Positions 17,885 through 28,563 of a stretch of DNA of 64,000 bases are shown piece after piece. The notes under the pieces are model-generated. The model made no database searches and was not told the origin of the DNA. It saw only the letters and a program-made list of their open reading frames with translations. Source of the DNA: the human T2T-CHM13v2.0 reference genome, Homo sapiens; assembly GCF_009914755.1 (NCBI RefSeq), contig NC_060928.1; one strand, 5' to 3'. Made by a program: the position numbers and the translations under genes. The first letter of the stretch is position 1. The number at the start of each line of letters is the position of its first letter.

Positions 17885-18112
17885 TATGGAAATAATACAC
17901 AAACAAGAAACCCTTGATGGATGTCAACAAGTTAGAAAAATAGTTTCTTTCTGTTGTAAAATAACCATTCAATTATAAACTAATACTAGATTATATCTAG
18001 TAAAGCACGCTGAGTAAAGCATACTGAATGTGAATTATTTCTCTTTCTCTTTTTTCCTTCTTTTTTTTTTTTGCTTTTGGGTACAATGTCATTCATGTTT
18101 AAAGTTGCAGTT

Positions 18113-18440
18113 TGATATGGTTTGGAAATTTGTGCCCTTCAAAGCTTGTGTTGAATTTGATTCCCAGTGTTGGAGGTGAGGCCTGGTGGGAGGTCATGGG
18201 GGTGGATCCCTCATGAATGGCTTGGTACTGTCCTCTGGGTAATGAGTGAGTTCTTACTCTATTAATTCACACAGGAACAAGATGTTTAAATGAGCCGGAC
18301 ACCAGACACCCTTCTCTCTCTCTTGCTCCCTCTCTCCCAATGAGATGCAGGGGCTCCCCTTTGCCTTCTGCCATGTTTGGAAATTTCCTGAGGTCCTCAC
18401 CAGCAGCAGATCCTGATGCTATGCTCCTTGTACAGCCAGA
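18113..18440 (+). mobile_element. MaLR LTR (MSTB-like), 3' truncated
   Basis: tgatatggtttgga...cccagtgttggaggtgaggcctggtgggagg...gtggatccctcatgaatggcttgg. Confidence 0.8.
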
Positions 18441-18859
18441 TAAACTTCCTTTGGAAAAAGATGCAGTTCAACAGGTTTGCCATTATTTCTCCAGTTGGGA
18501 ATTAATCTACTATCTAGGGTTTATTAACTTTATTAAGATATTTGTTATATGTTGTTTATATACTTTCTCTACTTATCATGACATTTCAAAAGAAAGGAAC
18601 AATAAAGTCTAAGCACCACAAAAGTAAGGATTATTTTAACCCATTTTGTTCACAGCTATAGTGCTAGAACATTGTGAGTACTCAGAAAATGCTGAATTTC
18701 TGAATGAATGTGTTTTCCTGGTCTTCCAAAACTCATAGCTCACAACACAGTTGCTAGTTTCAAATAAATTAACTTTCTAAACTGAAAATAAATACTGTGG
18801 AATTTGCATATATGAATAAAGCATTGATCATACAGCAAATGTGGTGTTTAAACAGCTGT

Positions 18860-19110
18860 GACTTACTAAGTATTCTGGGCATTGTTCTAAGTGTTATACA
18901 GATTTTACCATATTTATTCTTTACAATCACACTCTGAGTAAAAGTAATGCTATTATTATGAACATCTTTGCTTCTGATGAAACACAGATACAGAGAAGTT
19001 AATTATTTTCTTCTAATGAGATAGCTACTAATTAGTGGAAGCTGGAAAAAAATGCAAGCCATTAGACTTTAGAATCTAGAATCAGTGCTTTTAAACCGTG
19101 TTTCTATCCT
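18860..19110 (-). mobile_element. MIR SINE relic
   Basis: ctgatgaaacacagatacagagaagttaa...atagctactaattagtggaagctgg resembles the MIR core. Confidence 0.55.
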
Positions 19111-20664
19111 GCTCCCTATTCCAACTTAAGGCTTGCAAACGAAGGTGGAAAAATACAAGTTTTAGTTTTCAGTATTGCTCTTCTAAAAACAAGTGTTTCT
19201 TTTGGAAGGAAGAGAAACTACATAGATACAAATGGAGTTGTGAGTAAAATTTAAATTCCTTATAGTTTAATTTTACAAGTGACCAAAAGTTGAGTCTGCT
19301 TTCATCTTGTACTCATTTTTGTACAATGTTTGTTTTGCAATGATTTCCCAGCAGGTAAAAGGGCTACTCAATTATATTCTAAGAAACTAATTGCCTGGCA
19401 GAGTTTGGACTGTGCTCCCCAAGGTATGTTTTCAGTATTTTTTTCCTCGAAGAATAATTTGGCATAATTACAGAAATCATTTTATTCAAGTTATCTTCAG
19501 TAAATGCACAAGGGAGCTTTATTCACTCACTTCGCTTATTATATTTCTAAGAAAATATGTGTTTAATTATTTCCAAGGTATAACACACTACTTAAAGATA
19601 TAACACACTATTTAAAAATGTTTGCTTAGTAAATTTTCAAGTTATAATTTATTTAAGGGTTTTATAAAGGATTATTCAATATTATTCATGTAATAATAAT
19701 TTAGCATTGCCCACTGTTTCAGGTACTTTTCTAGCCCTCTGACTTAGAGCACTAAATAAAAATGCCCTCTTAGGCTAGTTGAGGAGATATACTTACCAAA
19801 AGTAGCACGATGGATAATTTTTAAAGCCCTGATTTGTAATATTTTCCAATTTTCTTGGTGTACAAACTTCCACCAAAACCGATTTTAAGATATCACCATA
19901 AAGTTACTAAACATAGAATTGAGAAGAGATGAGCACAATTAATTATTGATACCCCATTACCAAATAGGATAAGCCAGCTTTAGCACAGCACATTCCAAAA
20001 ATTACATGTCATTCTTAGGAGGCAATGAAAAGTGCTAAGAAGAACAAATGAATTAGTAAATGAGTGCAGAGGAGGCAAAGAAGCCGAGAAAAAGACACCA
20101 GCAATGGTAAAGATAGACAAGTAGATTTTAATGAAATAAAAGTCAGGGGGAAAAGTATTTTTAAAATTGTATCAGATCAAGAAAGACCTGGCAATACAAT
20201 GAGGAGGACTATGAAGAATAGGAGAGGATCAAGGAAGACCCTTGAGGAGTAGGAAAACAGGCAAATAAATATCAGTACATTCTTTAGTTATTGAGAGCAG
20301 AGCCAAAGTTTCATTCATGATTACGTCTGCAGTGTTCTGCACTGTGTTTACACAGAGTAAAAACTCAATCAATATCTTCAAGGCTAAATAAATAAATACT
20401 GCAATGAATGGATGCTCTGGTTTTTGTATTAAACATCCTTTATTTTAAGGGCCGCAAGATAAATTTCTCTTTAGATGTAATGCTGATAATCATGAAAGAA
20501 TGAGAGCTTTGGACTTAGTTAGATGCCCTTGAACCTCATTACACTTTGGAATTCATCATTATGTAACATAGCCTTCCTTCTTAGAGCCTGGAGCATCACT
20601 TCTCTCTCTTTAGAGTACACATCAATCTCTCCAGTCAGAGAAAATGCTATCCTCTCAACCAAGG

Positions 20665-20950
20665 CTAGTGAAGAGACTCAAACTGCGAAAGACATGAGTT
20701 TGATTCTCAGATTTCCCACGTACCTACTATGTGATCTTAACAGCTTTGTTCTCTGTTTCTGTTTCTTTGTTCTCCAGATAAGTGAACTGAGATACAGAGT
20801 TATTAAGCAAGTTCTTTAATAGCTTTGTACCTCAGTTCCCTTATCTGTAGAACAAAGGAAATAACAATAAAATGCATTGGGAAATTGAAAATATTTCAAC
20901 AATACAATTTATGTAAAGAATATTTAGAAAATTGTAGGCACTCAGCACAT
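20665..20950 (+). mobile_element. MIR SINE relic containing an internal fold-back duplication
   Basis: ctatgtgatcttaa...tgtacctcagttcccttatctgtagaac..gaaataacaata is the MIR core; an inverted copy of it lies at 20765-20806. Confidence 0.65.
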
Positions 20951-21914
20951 ACTAGTCCTTTGGTCCATAGTAAAATGTCAACAATATATTTATTGAATAA
21001 AGCACATATGAATTATTGAATGATCAATTCTGACTTTGCTCATTATATACCCTAAACTCCTCTTCAAGTTTTCATTTGTTTCCTGGATTAAATTATTGTT
21101 ATACATTTGTTGGACATTTGCCATCGTGCCCTGGATATAAACACTCACTCAGAAAAAATTAGCTGATTCCTTGATATGAGTAATAATTAGAAATCATCTA
21201 TTTCAACACATAGATTTTACAATTGAGAGATACGAGACCCAGAATTCTTAATTATTTTTAAGAAAAATATGATAGTGTTGAAAGAGGGAAAAAGAGTTTG
21301 CATTACTATGATTCATTGAAGGAGATGTTGTTTGCACATAATCATAAAACAGGTTACAGTAGAAAAGAGAAAATCTTGATTTTTCCTGGAAAAAGAGAAG
21401 ACATCAGAGGAGCTCATTTGTTTATTACTCTGTTTATGAGAGAAAACAAAACAAAATGAGAAAAATAAAAATTCACCTATTTGAGTGAAGGGGAGTAACT
21501 TCTGTATTCTCCAATACCAATGATATAGACGAATATACATTTGTATGTCTTTATATTTCTCCTTATTATGTTATATAGAACCAACTTATACAGGATACCT
21601 TGTATATTATTCAATATTTATGAATAATTTAAAATATATTACATAAAAAGGCATGAACACACCCACAGTCATTAGGCAGGGCATTTTGATAAACTTTGTA
21701 CTCATTACTCCTTATAACAAGTTTATGAATCTTGTCCTGCTATCATCATGTTTTACAAATAAGCACACATTGAGAGTGAAAGAAGTGATATGAATAAACT
21801 TGCGGTGCTAGTCAGAGGCAGAGCCAAGACATCAACTTAATTTTGTTGCGGGGGTGGTAAGAGTTGCTACACTTACCCACCATGCTTTGACAGTCCAGTT
21901 GATGACATAGAACA

Positions 21915-22300
21915 GTCATTCATTCATTCATTCTACAAACATTTATTGAAGACCTAGTATATTTGAAACATTATACCAGATGCAAAAAGTACAAATTTTG
22001 ATAGGGCACAGAGTCTTCTTTATCAATGTTTCAGTCTGACAAGGAAAGTATGCATGTTAGCAAGGAATACAATATAGTGTGAAACACGCTATTATATTAA
22101 AAACACTTCGAGGAGGAGTGTTGGGCAGGTGTCTAAAACTTTCAGAAAATGCTTCATTAAAAAAAAGCATGCACTATTCCTAAAACAAGAGTGGATATGC
22201 ACGAGATACCATTCTAAGGGGAAGTAGACTGATTGTACAGGTTATTTGAGAATCTGCTGTGCTAGTTTGCTAAAAGCTTGGGGAAGTGTTTAGATACTGA
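21915..22300 (-). mobile_element. LINE-2 3' end relic
   Basis: (cattc)-type terminal repeat followed by aaacatttattgaagacctagtat, typical of an antisense L2 3' terminus; distal boundary approximate. Confidence 0.55.
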
Positions 22301-24021
22301 CAAAGAAAGAGGGCATTTAGACTGTGGTGATGAATTCCAGAGGCTGATGGGGTCAGGCACAAAAACTGGAAAAAATGCAAGCCTAGGATATCAGCTTAAT
22401 AGGTTGCAGTGAAGCTCTACTAACTTTGCTTTGAATTTAAAATCACTTTTCATTCCTACACCAAGGTCAGCAATCTAAAGCATCATCAGGATGGTGTTTT
22501 ACCACATTCATCTCCTTCAAACTCAGAGGATGACCTGTCTTATATCTTACTTAGAATGCCCAGGGATGTCTGAATTGCCTATTACGCCACGAGAAGAAGA
22601 TGTTCTCATTTAGGAATAATAAAGAGCCATGCTTTGAGAGCGATTTTCAGGATTTGTTATCTAAGAGAACATGACAATCTAACAAAATTTGGTGACCAGA
22701 TAAAGAAGGGAAAAAAAATCTACCCAACCCTCCAGAATATAAGCATGACAATAAGTGAACTAATGTTTCTATAATTTGTTTTCTATTGATTCATTCTGTT
22801 ACAACAGCACCTGCAATACAATATTCAGGCACTGAAATAGCCAAGAATTAAGAATTTTAATTAGAACTACCATTGAGTCAGCAGTGAACACACAAGGCCA
22901 AGGTAAGCTAATAACAAGAACATTTTATTAAGGCATAAGTCACAGGTTGACCTGCTTCCAACTACCCAGAGCTAAGTGATGCAGCAGCTAAAATCCTGAC
23001 AAAGCAAGTCAAGGGACCATTGGACTGTCCTAAGCAGAACTGATTTTAAAAAGAAGCACTTTTTTCAAAAGAGTAGTGTCCAGTCTTCTTTTTAGAAACA
23101 TTCTTTAAGATGCTATTTCACACTAAACCACTCTCAGTTCACTTAATTGATGATTTTCAATACAAACAACAACGTGGATAAATGAGAACATTGTGGGTAA
23201 TAAAGTTTGGGGATATTAATTTTTTGAAGAACTATGTGAAAGAACAGCCAGAAATGAAATATGATGGGATAAGAATTAGGTGGTTGGAGGGAAATGCAAG
23301 GAGAATGAATGACAGAGCAGGAAAATGAGAAGAAGGCCAATTTGAAATGTGAAAATCTTCGGTGTTAGAAATGGTGAACTGTTAGTCTGTGGTGCCCTCA
23401 AGCAAATGTGTTTGTTGTTTACAATACTACATTTGTTGGCTTCATCAATGTTTAAAGCCAGTTTACTGTAAATGGAAACAATCATTTAAGAAACATTTCT
23501 TTAAATAGTTTTATTTATTTATTACCTTTGTTGCTTTCTCTTTTGAAATAATATTGATAGGAGCAAGCTTGCTTATACAGGAAAGCTTTATTTAATATTG
23601 TCTTATTTTAAGTGAAGTCTGGATGATTCTGCAAGTTTCTTATTACGGTTTATTTCACATTAATATGAGAAAACATTTTCAAGTCAATCCAGGTTTGTTG
23701 GTATTTAGATAATACATTTCAATAGTATTTAATGCATGTAAAAACCCTCCTATCACAGGCCTTAAACCTAACTCTCTTTTTCTCTCTCTTTATACACAAA
23801 ATACATTATATTAAAAATCTAGCTATAGGTCAAACTAAATATTTTTAATTCTAAGTTAGTCATATAACCAAGAGTATTTTCTTATTATTTAACATAAAAT
23901 ATTTGAATTTTAGGACTTTGGACATGGAATAACATATATTCATTAATTTATACATTAAAAAGAGACAACTTCAGTTTGTGACTCACTAAAGGCAAAATGT
24001 GCCAGACAAAAAGTCTTCCAG

Positions 24022-25560
24022 GGACAGAGCAAGATGTCAGAATAGAAACCTATGCCATTTGTTCCCCTTCCACTGAAACACCAAATTTTAACCACTATCC
24101 ACACACAGAAAAGCACTGTCACAAGAACCAAAAATCAGTTGAGCCATCACAGTACCTCGTTTTAACTTTATATCATGGTAAGAGGAATTGAGGAGGGCAG
24201 GAGAGACAGTCTTAAATCGCCAACACCACCCCTGGCAGTGGCTGTGAGGCACGGACAGGAAATCTTTGGAGTGAAGTGACTGCAGAACTTTACATTGAAC
24301 TCATTGCTGCTTTGTCATGATGGAGAATAAAGCCATACTGGGCTCAACCAGTTCTCCTGTACTCATGGAGGGAGCATTTGGACCAGTCCTAGCCAGAGGG
24401 GAATCACTCATCCCAGCAATTAGGACTTGAGTTTCTCAGCATGACTCCTTACCGTGAACTTAAGTGCTCTGAGTTTCTAGGTAAATTTGATAGGCAGAAT
24501 AGGACACAAAGAATACAATTCCTAGGCAATTCCTAGTGCTAGGCTGGGCATAGAGCCAGTGAACTATGGCGGCACGTGATCTAGGCAGACACCACCTGGT
24601 GCAGCTAAGGAACTGCTTGTGCCATCCCTCCCCCAGCACTAGGCAGTGTAGCTCATAAAAATGAAAGTGACTCCTTTCTTCTGTTTAAGGAGAGGAGAAG
24701 GAAGGGTAAACAGGACTTTGTTTTGCAGCTTGGATAACAGTTCCACCACAGTAGGATAGGGCATCACCCAGCAGAGTTGTGAGGCCCCCATTGCAGGCCC
24801 TAGCTCCCAGACATCTCTAGATACACCTTGGGCTGAAAGAAAGCCCACTGACTTAAAGCAAAGGACACAGTCCTGGCAGGATTCATCACCTGGTGTCTGA
24901 AGAGCCCTTTGACCCTGAATAACCATCAACAGTACCTAGGGAGTACACCTTGGGCCTAGAGCTCTGAGATGTGCTGGCTTCAGGAGTGACCCATCATGAT
25001 CCCAGCTGTGGTGGCTGTGATGAGAGATTATTTCTGTGTGACAAAAATAGAGAAAAAATAAAGGGGGCTTGTTTTTCACCCTAGATACCAGCTAAGCCAC
25101 AGGATGTAGAGCAACAAGTGGGTCCTTGGAGTCCTTGAGTCCAGGCCTAGGCTCATGGGCAGCATGTCTGAACCTGCCATGGGCTAAATGGGAGCCTACT
25201 TCCCTGAAGGATGAGTCCCAGGTCTGGCAGCATCCACCACAAGTTGACAGAGGAGCCCCTGTGCTTTAGGTGAATATCAGAGGTGGCCGGGCAGAACGTA
25301 CAACCACTGCTGTGGGTTAGTGGTGGTGGCAGCCACAGGGAGAGGCTCCTCTGCCTTTAAAAAGGGGAGGAAAGAGTGGGAAGGACTTTGTATTATGACT
25401 TGAGTGCCAGCTTACCTGTAGTAGAATATAGAACATATGGTAAATTGCTAATGTTTTTCACTCTAATCCCCAGCTCCCAGACATTTCTGGACATGCACCG
25501 GGCCTGGGAGAACTTGTCGCCCTTAAGGCAAGGCCCAGCATTGTGCTGGCCTCAGATCTG
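24022..25560 (+). mobile_element. LINE-1 (L1MA1-4/L1M1-2-type) 5'UTR, abruptly truncated
   Basis: Starts gagcaagatgtcagaatagaa...aagaaccaaaaatcagttgagccatcacagtacctcgttttaactt, like old primate L1 5' ends; GC-richer; no ORF1/ORF2 follows. Confidence 0.75.
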
Positions 25561-27720
25561 AACCAATAGGATGTGTGTGTCTGTGTGTGTCTGTGTGTGT
25601 GTGTGTGTGTGTGTGTTCATTATACATATATATGAAAGAGACTACAATGTTGTTATAAGGTAGTGGCTTACATAATTATGGAGGCTGAGGAGACCCATAA
25701 TCTGCCATCTAAGAGTAGAAGACCCAGGAAAGTCATTTGTATGGGTTAAGACCCGAGAGCCAGAGAACTGATGGTGTAAATTTCAGTCAGAGTATTAAGT
25801 CCTGAAAACTGGGAGTGACTAGGGCAAAAGATGAATCTTCCAGTTTCCATTGTCAGGAGGAGATCAAATATGACCTTCCTTTGCCTTTTTGTTTTATTCA
25901 GGTTCTCGACAGATTGAATGATTCCTAAGCATATTGGTGAGAGCAGGTCTTTTCTACTCAGTCTGCCAATTGGAATTCCAATGTCTGCCAGAAACACCCC
26001 TGCAGATACATCCTGAAATAATGTTGTGCCAGCTATTTGGGCATCCTGTAGTTCAGTCAAGTTGACACATAAAATTAGCCACCACAGGGAGTCACAAAGG
26101 TACCCAGGGAACACAAGGATTTTTCTACTGTGCAGAAAGATATACCTTTAATCTTCACTGAGTATTTCTCCAGTTCCTTGTGGTTTCCTCTCCAAGTTGA
26201 ATATAATTGACAACACTGGTACCGAATCTGAACACTGTGTTAGGAGGCTCATGAAGACCATTCAACTCTGAGGGATTTTGTTAATCACATTTAAAAGCTA
26301 TATATGTTTGTTTATGAAGTCTTCCAGCTTTCTTTTAAACCTCTGAATCTTTTCTGTTCCAAAAATATTAAATGCCCTCATGGCTATATTGTACAAATGC
26401 ACCAACCACTTTCTGATTGGATTTTGTTTTCAAGAATATGGCTTACAAAAGCATATGTTAATTTTTTAAGATGAATGAAAGAAATGTTTTAAAATGATGA
26501 AAAAGAGTAAACATTTGCACCTTTTGACAGAGGAAAAAAGTGTCTGGGAGAAAAAATTCACAACGCCATTAAAAATCTTAGAGAGTGAGCTCTCAAAGAG
26601 GCAATTTCTATGAATGCAGTCTCAATCTATTCTGACAACTGGAAAATTTACTGGGTGTGAGAAATGTGAATTTTATCTTTTTATATTCATCTTTCTTGTG
26701 TATGACTCAAAACATAGTACAAGGGATCAAGTGAGTCCATGCAGTTATTTACGTACAGATGGCACTAGGCCCAATGAAGCTCCATTTTTACCAAACTGAA
26801 AATGACAACCTAAGGTTAGAATAAAGAAGAAAGTGAATGACATAGGGTTACTGCATGTTGAACTTCATACAGTTAGGCAGAGTACCATTTTCTGAGATTA
26901 GTATTTCTCATACGTACTACTTTGTCTAGGTTTCAGACAAAAAAAAAGAATGTATTTTTACAGTATATAGAAATGAAAGCAAATGGAATATTATTGTTGC
27001 TGTCAGTACAACAAAAAATTGAATGGTTTGCATGAGCCTCTTAACACAGTGTTCAGATTCGGTACCAGGGTTGTCAGTTATATTCAACTTGGAGAGGAAA
27101 CCACAAGTAACTGGATTCTAGAGTCGTATTCTAGAATTCCTCTGAGGGCCTGAGAAATACTCAGTGAAGATTAAAGGTAAATCTTTCTGTACATTAGAAA
27201 AATCTTTGTGTTCACTGGATACCTTTGTGACTCCCTGTGGTGGCTAATTTTATGTGTCAACTTGACTGAACCACAGGATGCCCAAATAGCTGGAACAACA
27301 TTATTTCAGGATGTATCTGCAGGGGTGTTTCTGGCAGACATTGGAATTCCAATTGGTAGACTGAGTAGAAAAGACATGCTCTCACCAATGTGGGTAGGAA
27401 TCATTCAATCTGTTGAGAACCTGAATAAAACAAAAAGGCAAAGGAAGGTCAAATTTGATCTCCTCCTGACAATGGAATCTGGAAGATTCATCTTTTGCCC
27501 TAGTCACTCCCAGTTTTCAGGACTTAATGCTCAGACTGAAATTTACACCATCAGTTCTCTGGCTCTTGGGTCTTAACCCATACCAATGACTTTCCTGGGT
27601 CTTCTGCTCATAGATGGCAGATTATGGGTCTCCTCAGCCTCCATAATTATGTAAGCCACTACCTTATAACATTGTAGTCTCTCTTATATATATGAACACA
27701 CACACACATCCTATTTGTTC
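25560..27720. repeat. Long inverted repeat: arms 25560-26265 and 27019-27720, spacer 753 bp
   Basis: Manual alignment gives roughly 30 substitutions in ~640 aligned bp (~95%), one 38 bp indel and a microsatellite length difference; explains the twin 122 aa ORFs on opposite strands. Confidence 0.97.
25561..26086 (-). mobile_element. MLT2 (ERVL) LTR copy in the left arm, 3' end missing
   Basis: Ends agtcaagttgacacataaaattagccaccaca (reverse complement of the MLT2 start); internal (TG)n. Confidence 0.85.
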
Positions 27721-27755
27721 TACTATTGGTTCTATTCCTCTGGCAAACCCTGACT
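27236..27755 (+). mobile_element. MLT2 (ERVL) LTR, near complete
   Basis: tgtggtggctaattttatgtgtcaacttgactg start and ctattggttctattcctctggcaaaccctgact end match MLT2 termini. Confidence 0.88.
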
Positions 27756-28454
27756 CTGCTTTTTAAAAAACATGGAAATAGAAAAATCTTATCTACAAAT
27801 TATACTGTGATCTGTGCTTTAACTGGCTCTCACAAGATAATCACAGATAAGATTCCTCAGTATTTGTAATTTTGATCTAATTTTGATCTCTAAATCTATT
27901 AGAGGCTGCTTCATATCATTGTTTGAATGCTCTTTGATGTGTATGTGTTTATTTCCATTTAAGACTGTAGCAGAATGCTAAGTAACATTTGAAAATTATT
28001 TTCCTATAATTTTCTCATATGTATTTTAGCAAAACTTGAATTTCAGAATATTCCAACTTAATTCTAAATAATTTTGAGAATATATTAATTGCTATTCACT
28101 TGCCTAAGCTATTTTTCAAATAGAGATCTCTTTTAAAACAATGAGAGCTGCTGAAATATTGACAGTAAATATAAATTTTAAATTAATTTACATTTTGAAA
28201 CTAAAAATTTTAAAACTTAAATACTATTTTTAGTATTTAACGTTGTAAGAATCATTATATATATGTTTTATTCAATATGACCATTGAGGAGATTAATGAC
28301 TCTTTAAAGAAATTTAGGGATCTGATGAAACTCTTTCCAAACATAAGAAAACAGATACCTTTTCAAATCCATGTTATGATTAATTTCATAAATTGCATGT
28401 GATAGTGATCAGCATTGTCTGGTAATTTTATTTATATGAGAGAGTGAGTGTTTT

Positions 28455-28563
28455 CCTTTTTTAAAATGTTTCTCAGGCTGGACAAACTCCTGGACACAAG
28501 CCACTTTTCCACCTCAGCCTCTCAAGTGGCTGTGACTGCAGGCATGCACCACCATGCTCAGCT
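28455..28563 (-). mobile_element. Alu monomer (FLAM/FAM-like), degraded
   Basis: caggctggacaaactcctgg...cacctcagcctctcaagtggctgtgactgcaggcatgcaccaccatgctcagct, single arm. Confidence 0.75.

Noticed and set aside
19580-19619. 20 bp tandem duplication (similar ones near 57500 and 59670)
   Set aside because: Ordinary slippage duplications.
25746-27576. Twin 122 aa ORFs on opposite strands as a duplicated gene
   Set aside because: They start at GTG, lie almost entirely in the MLT2 LTR and mirror the inverted repeat; no recognisable domain.
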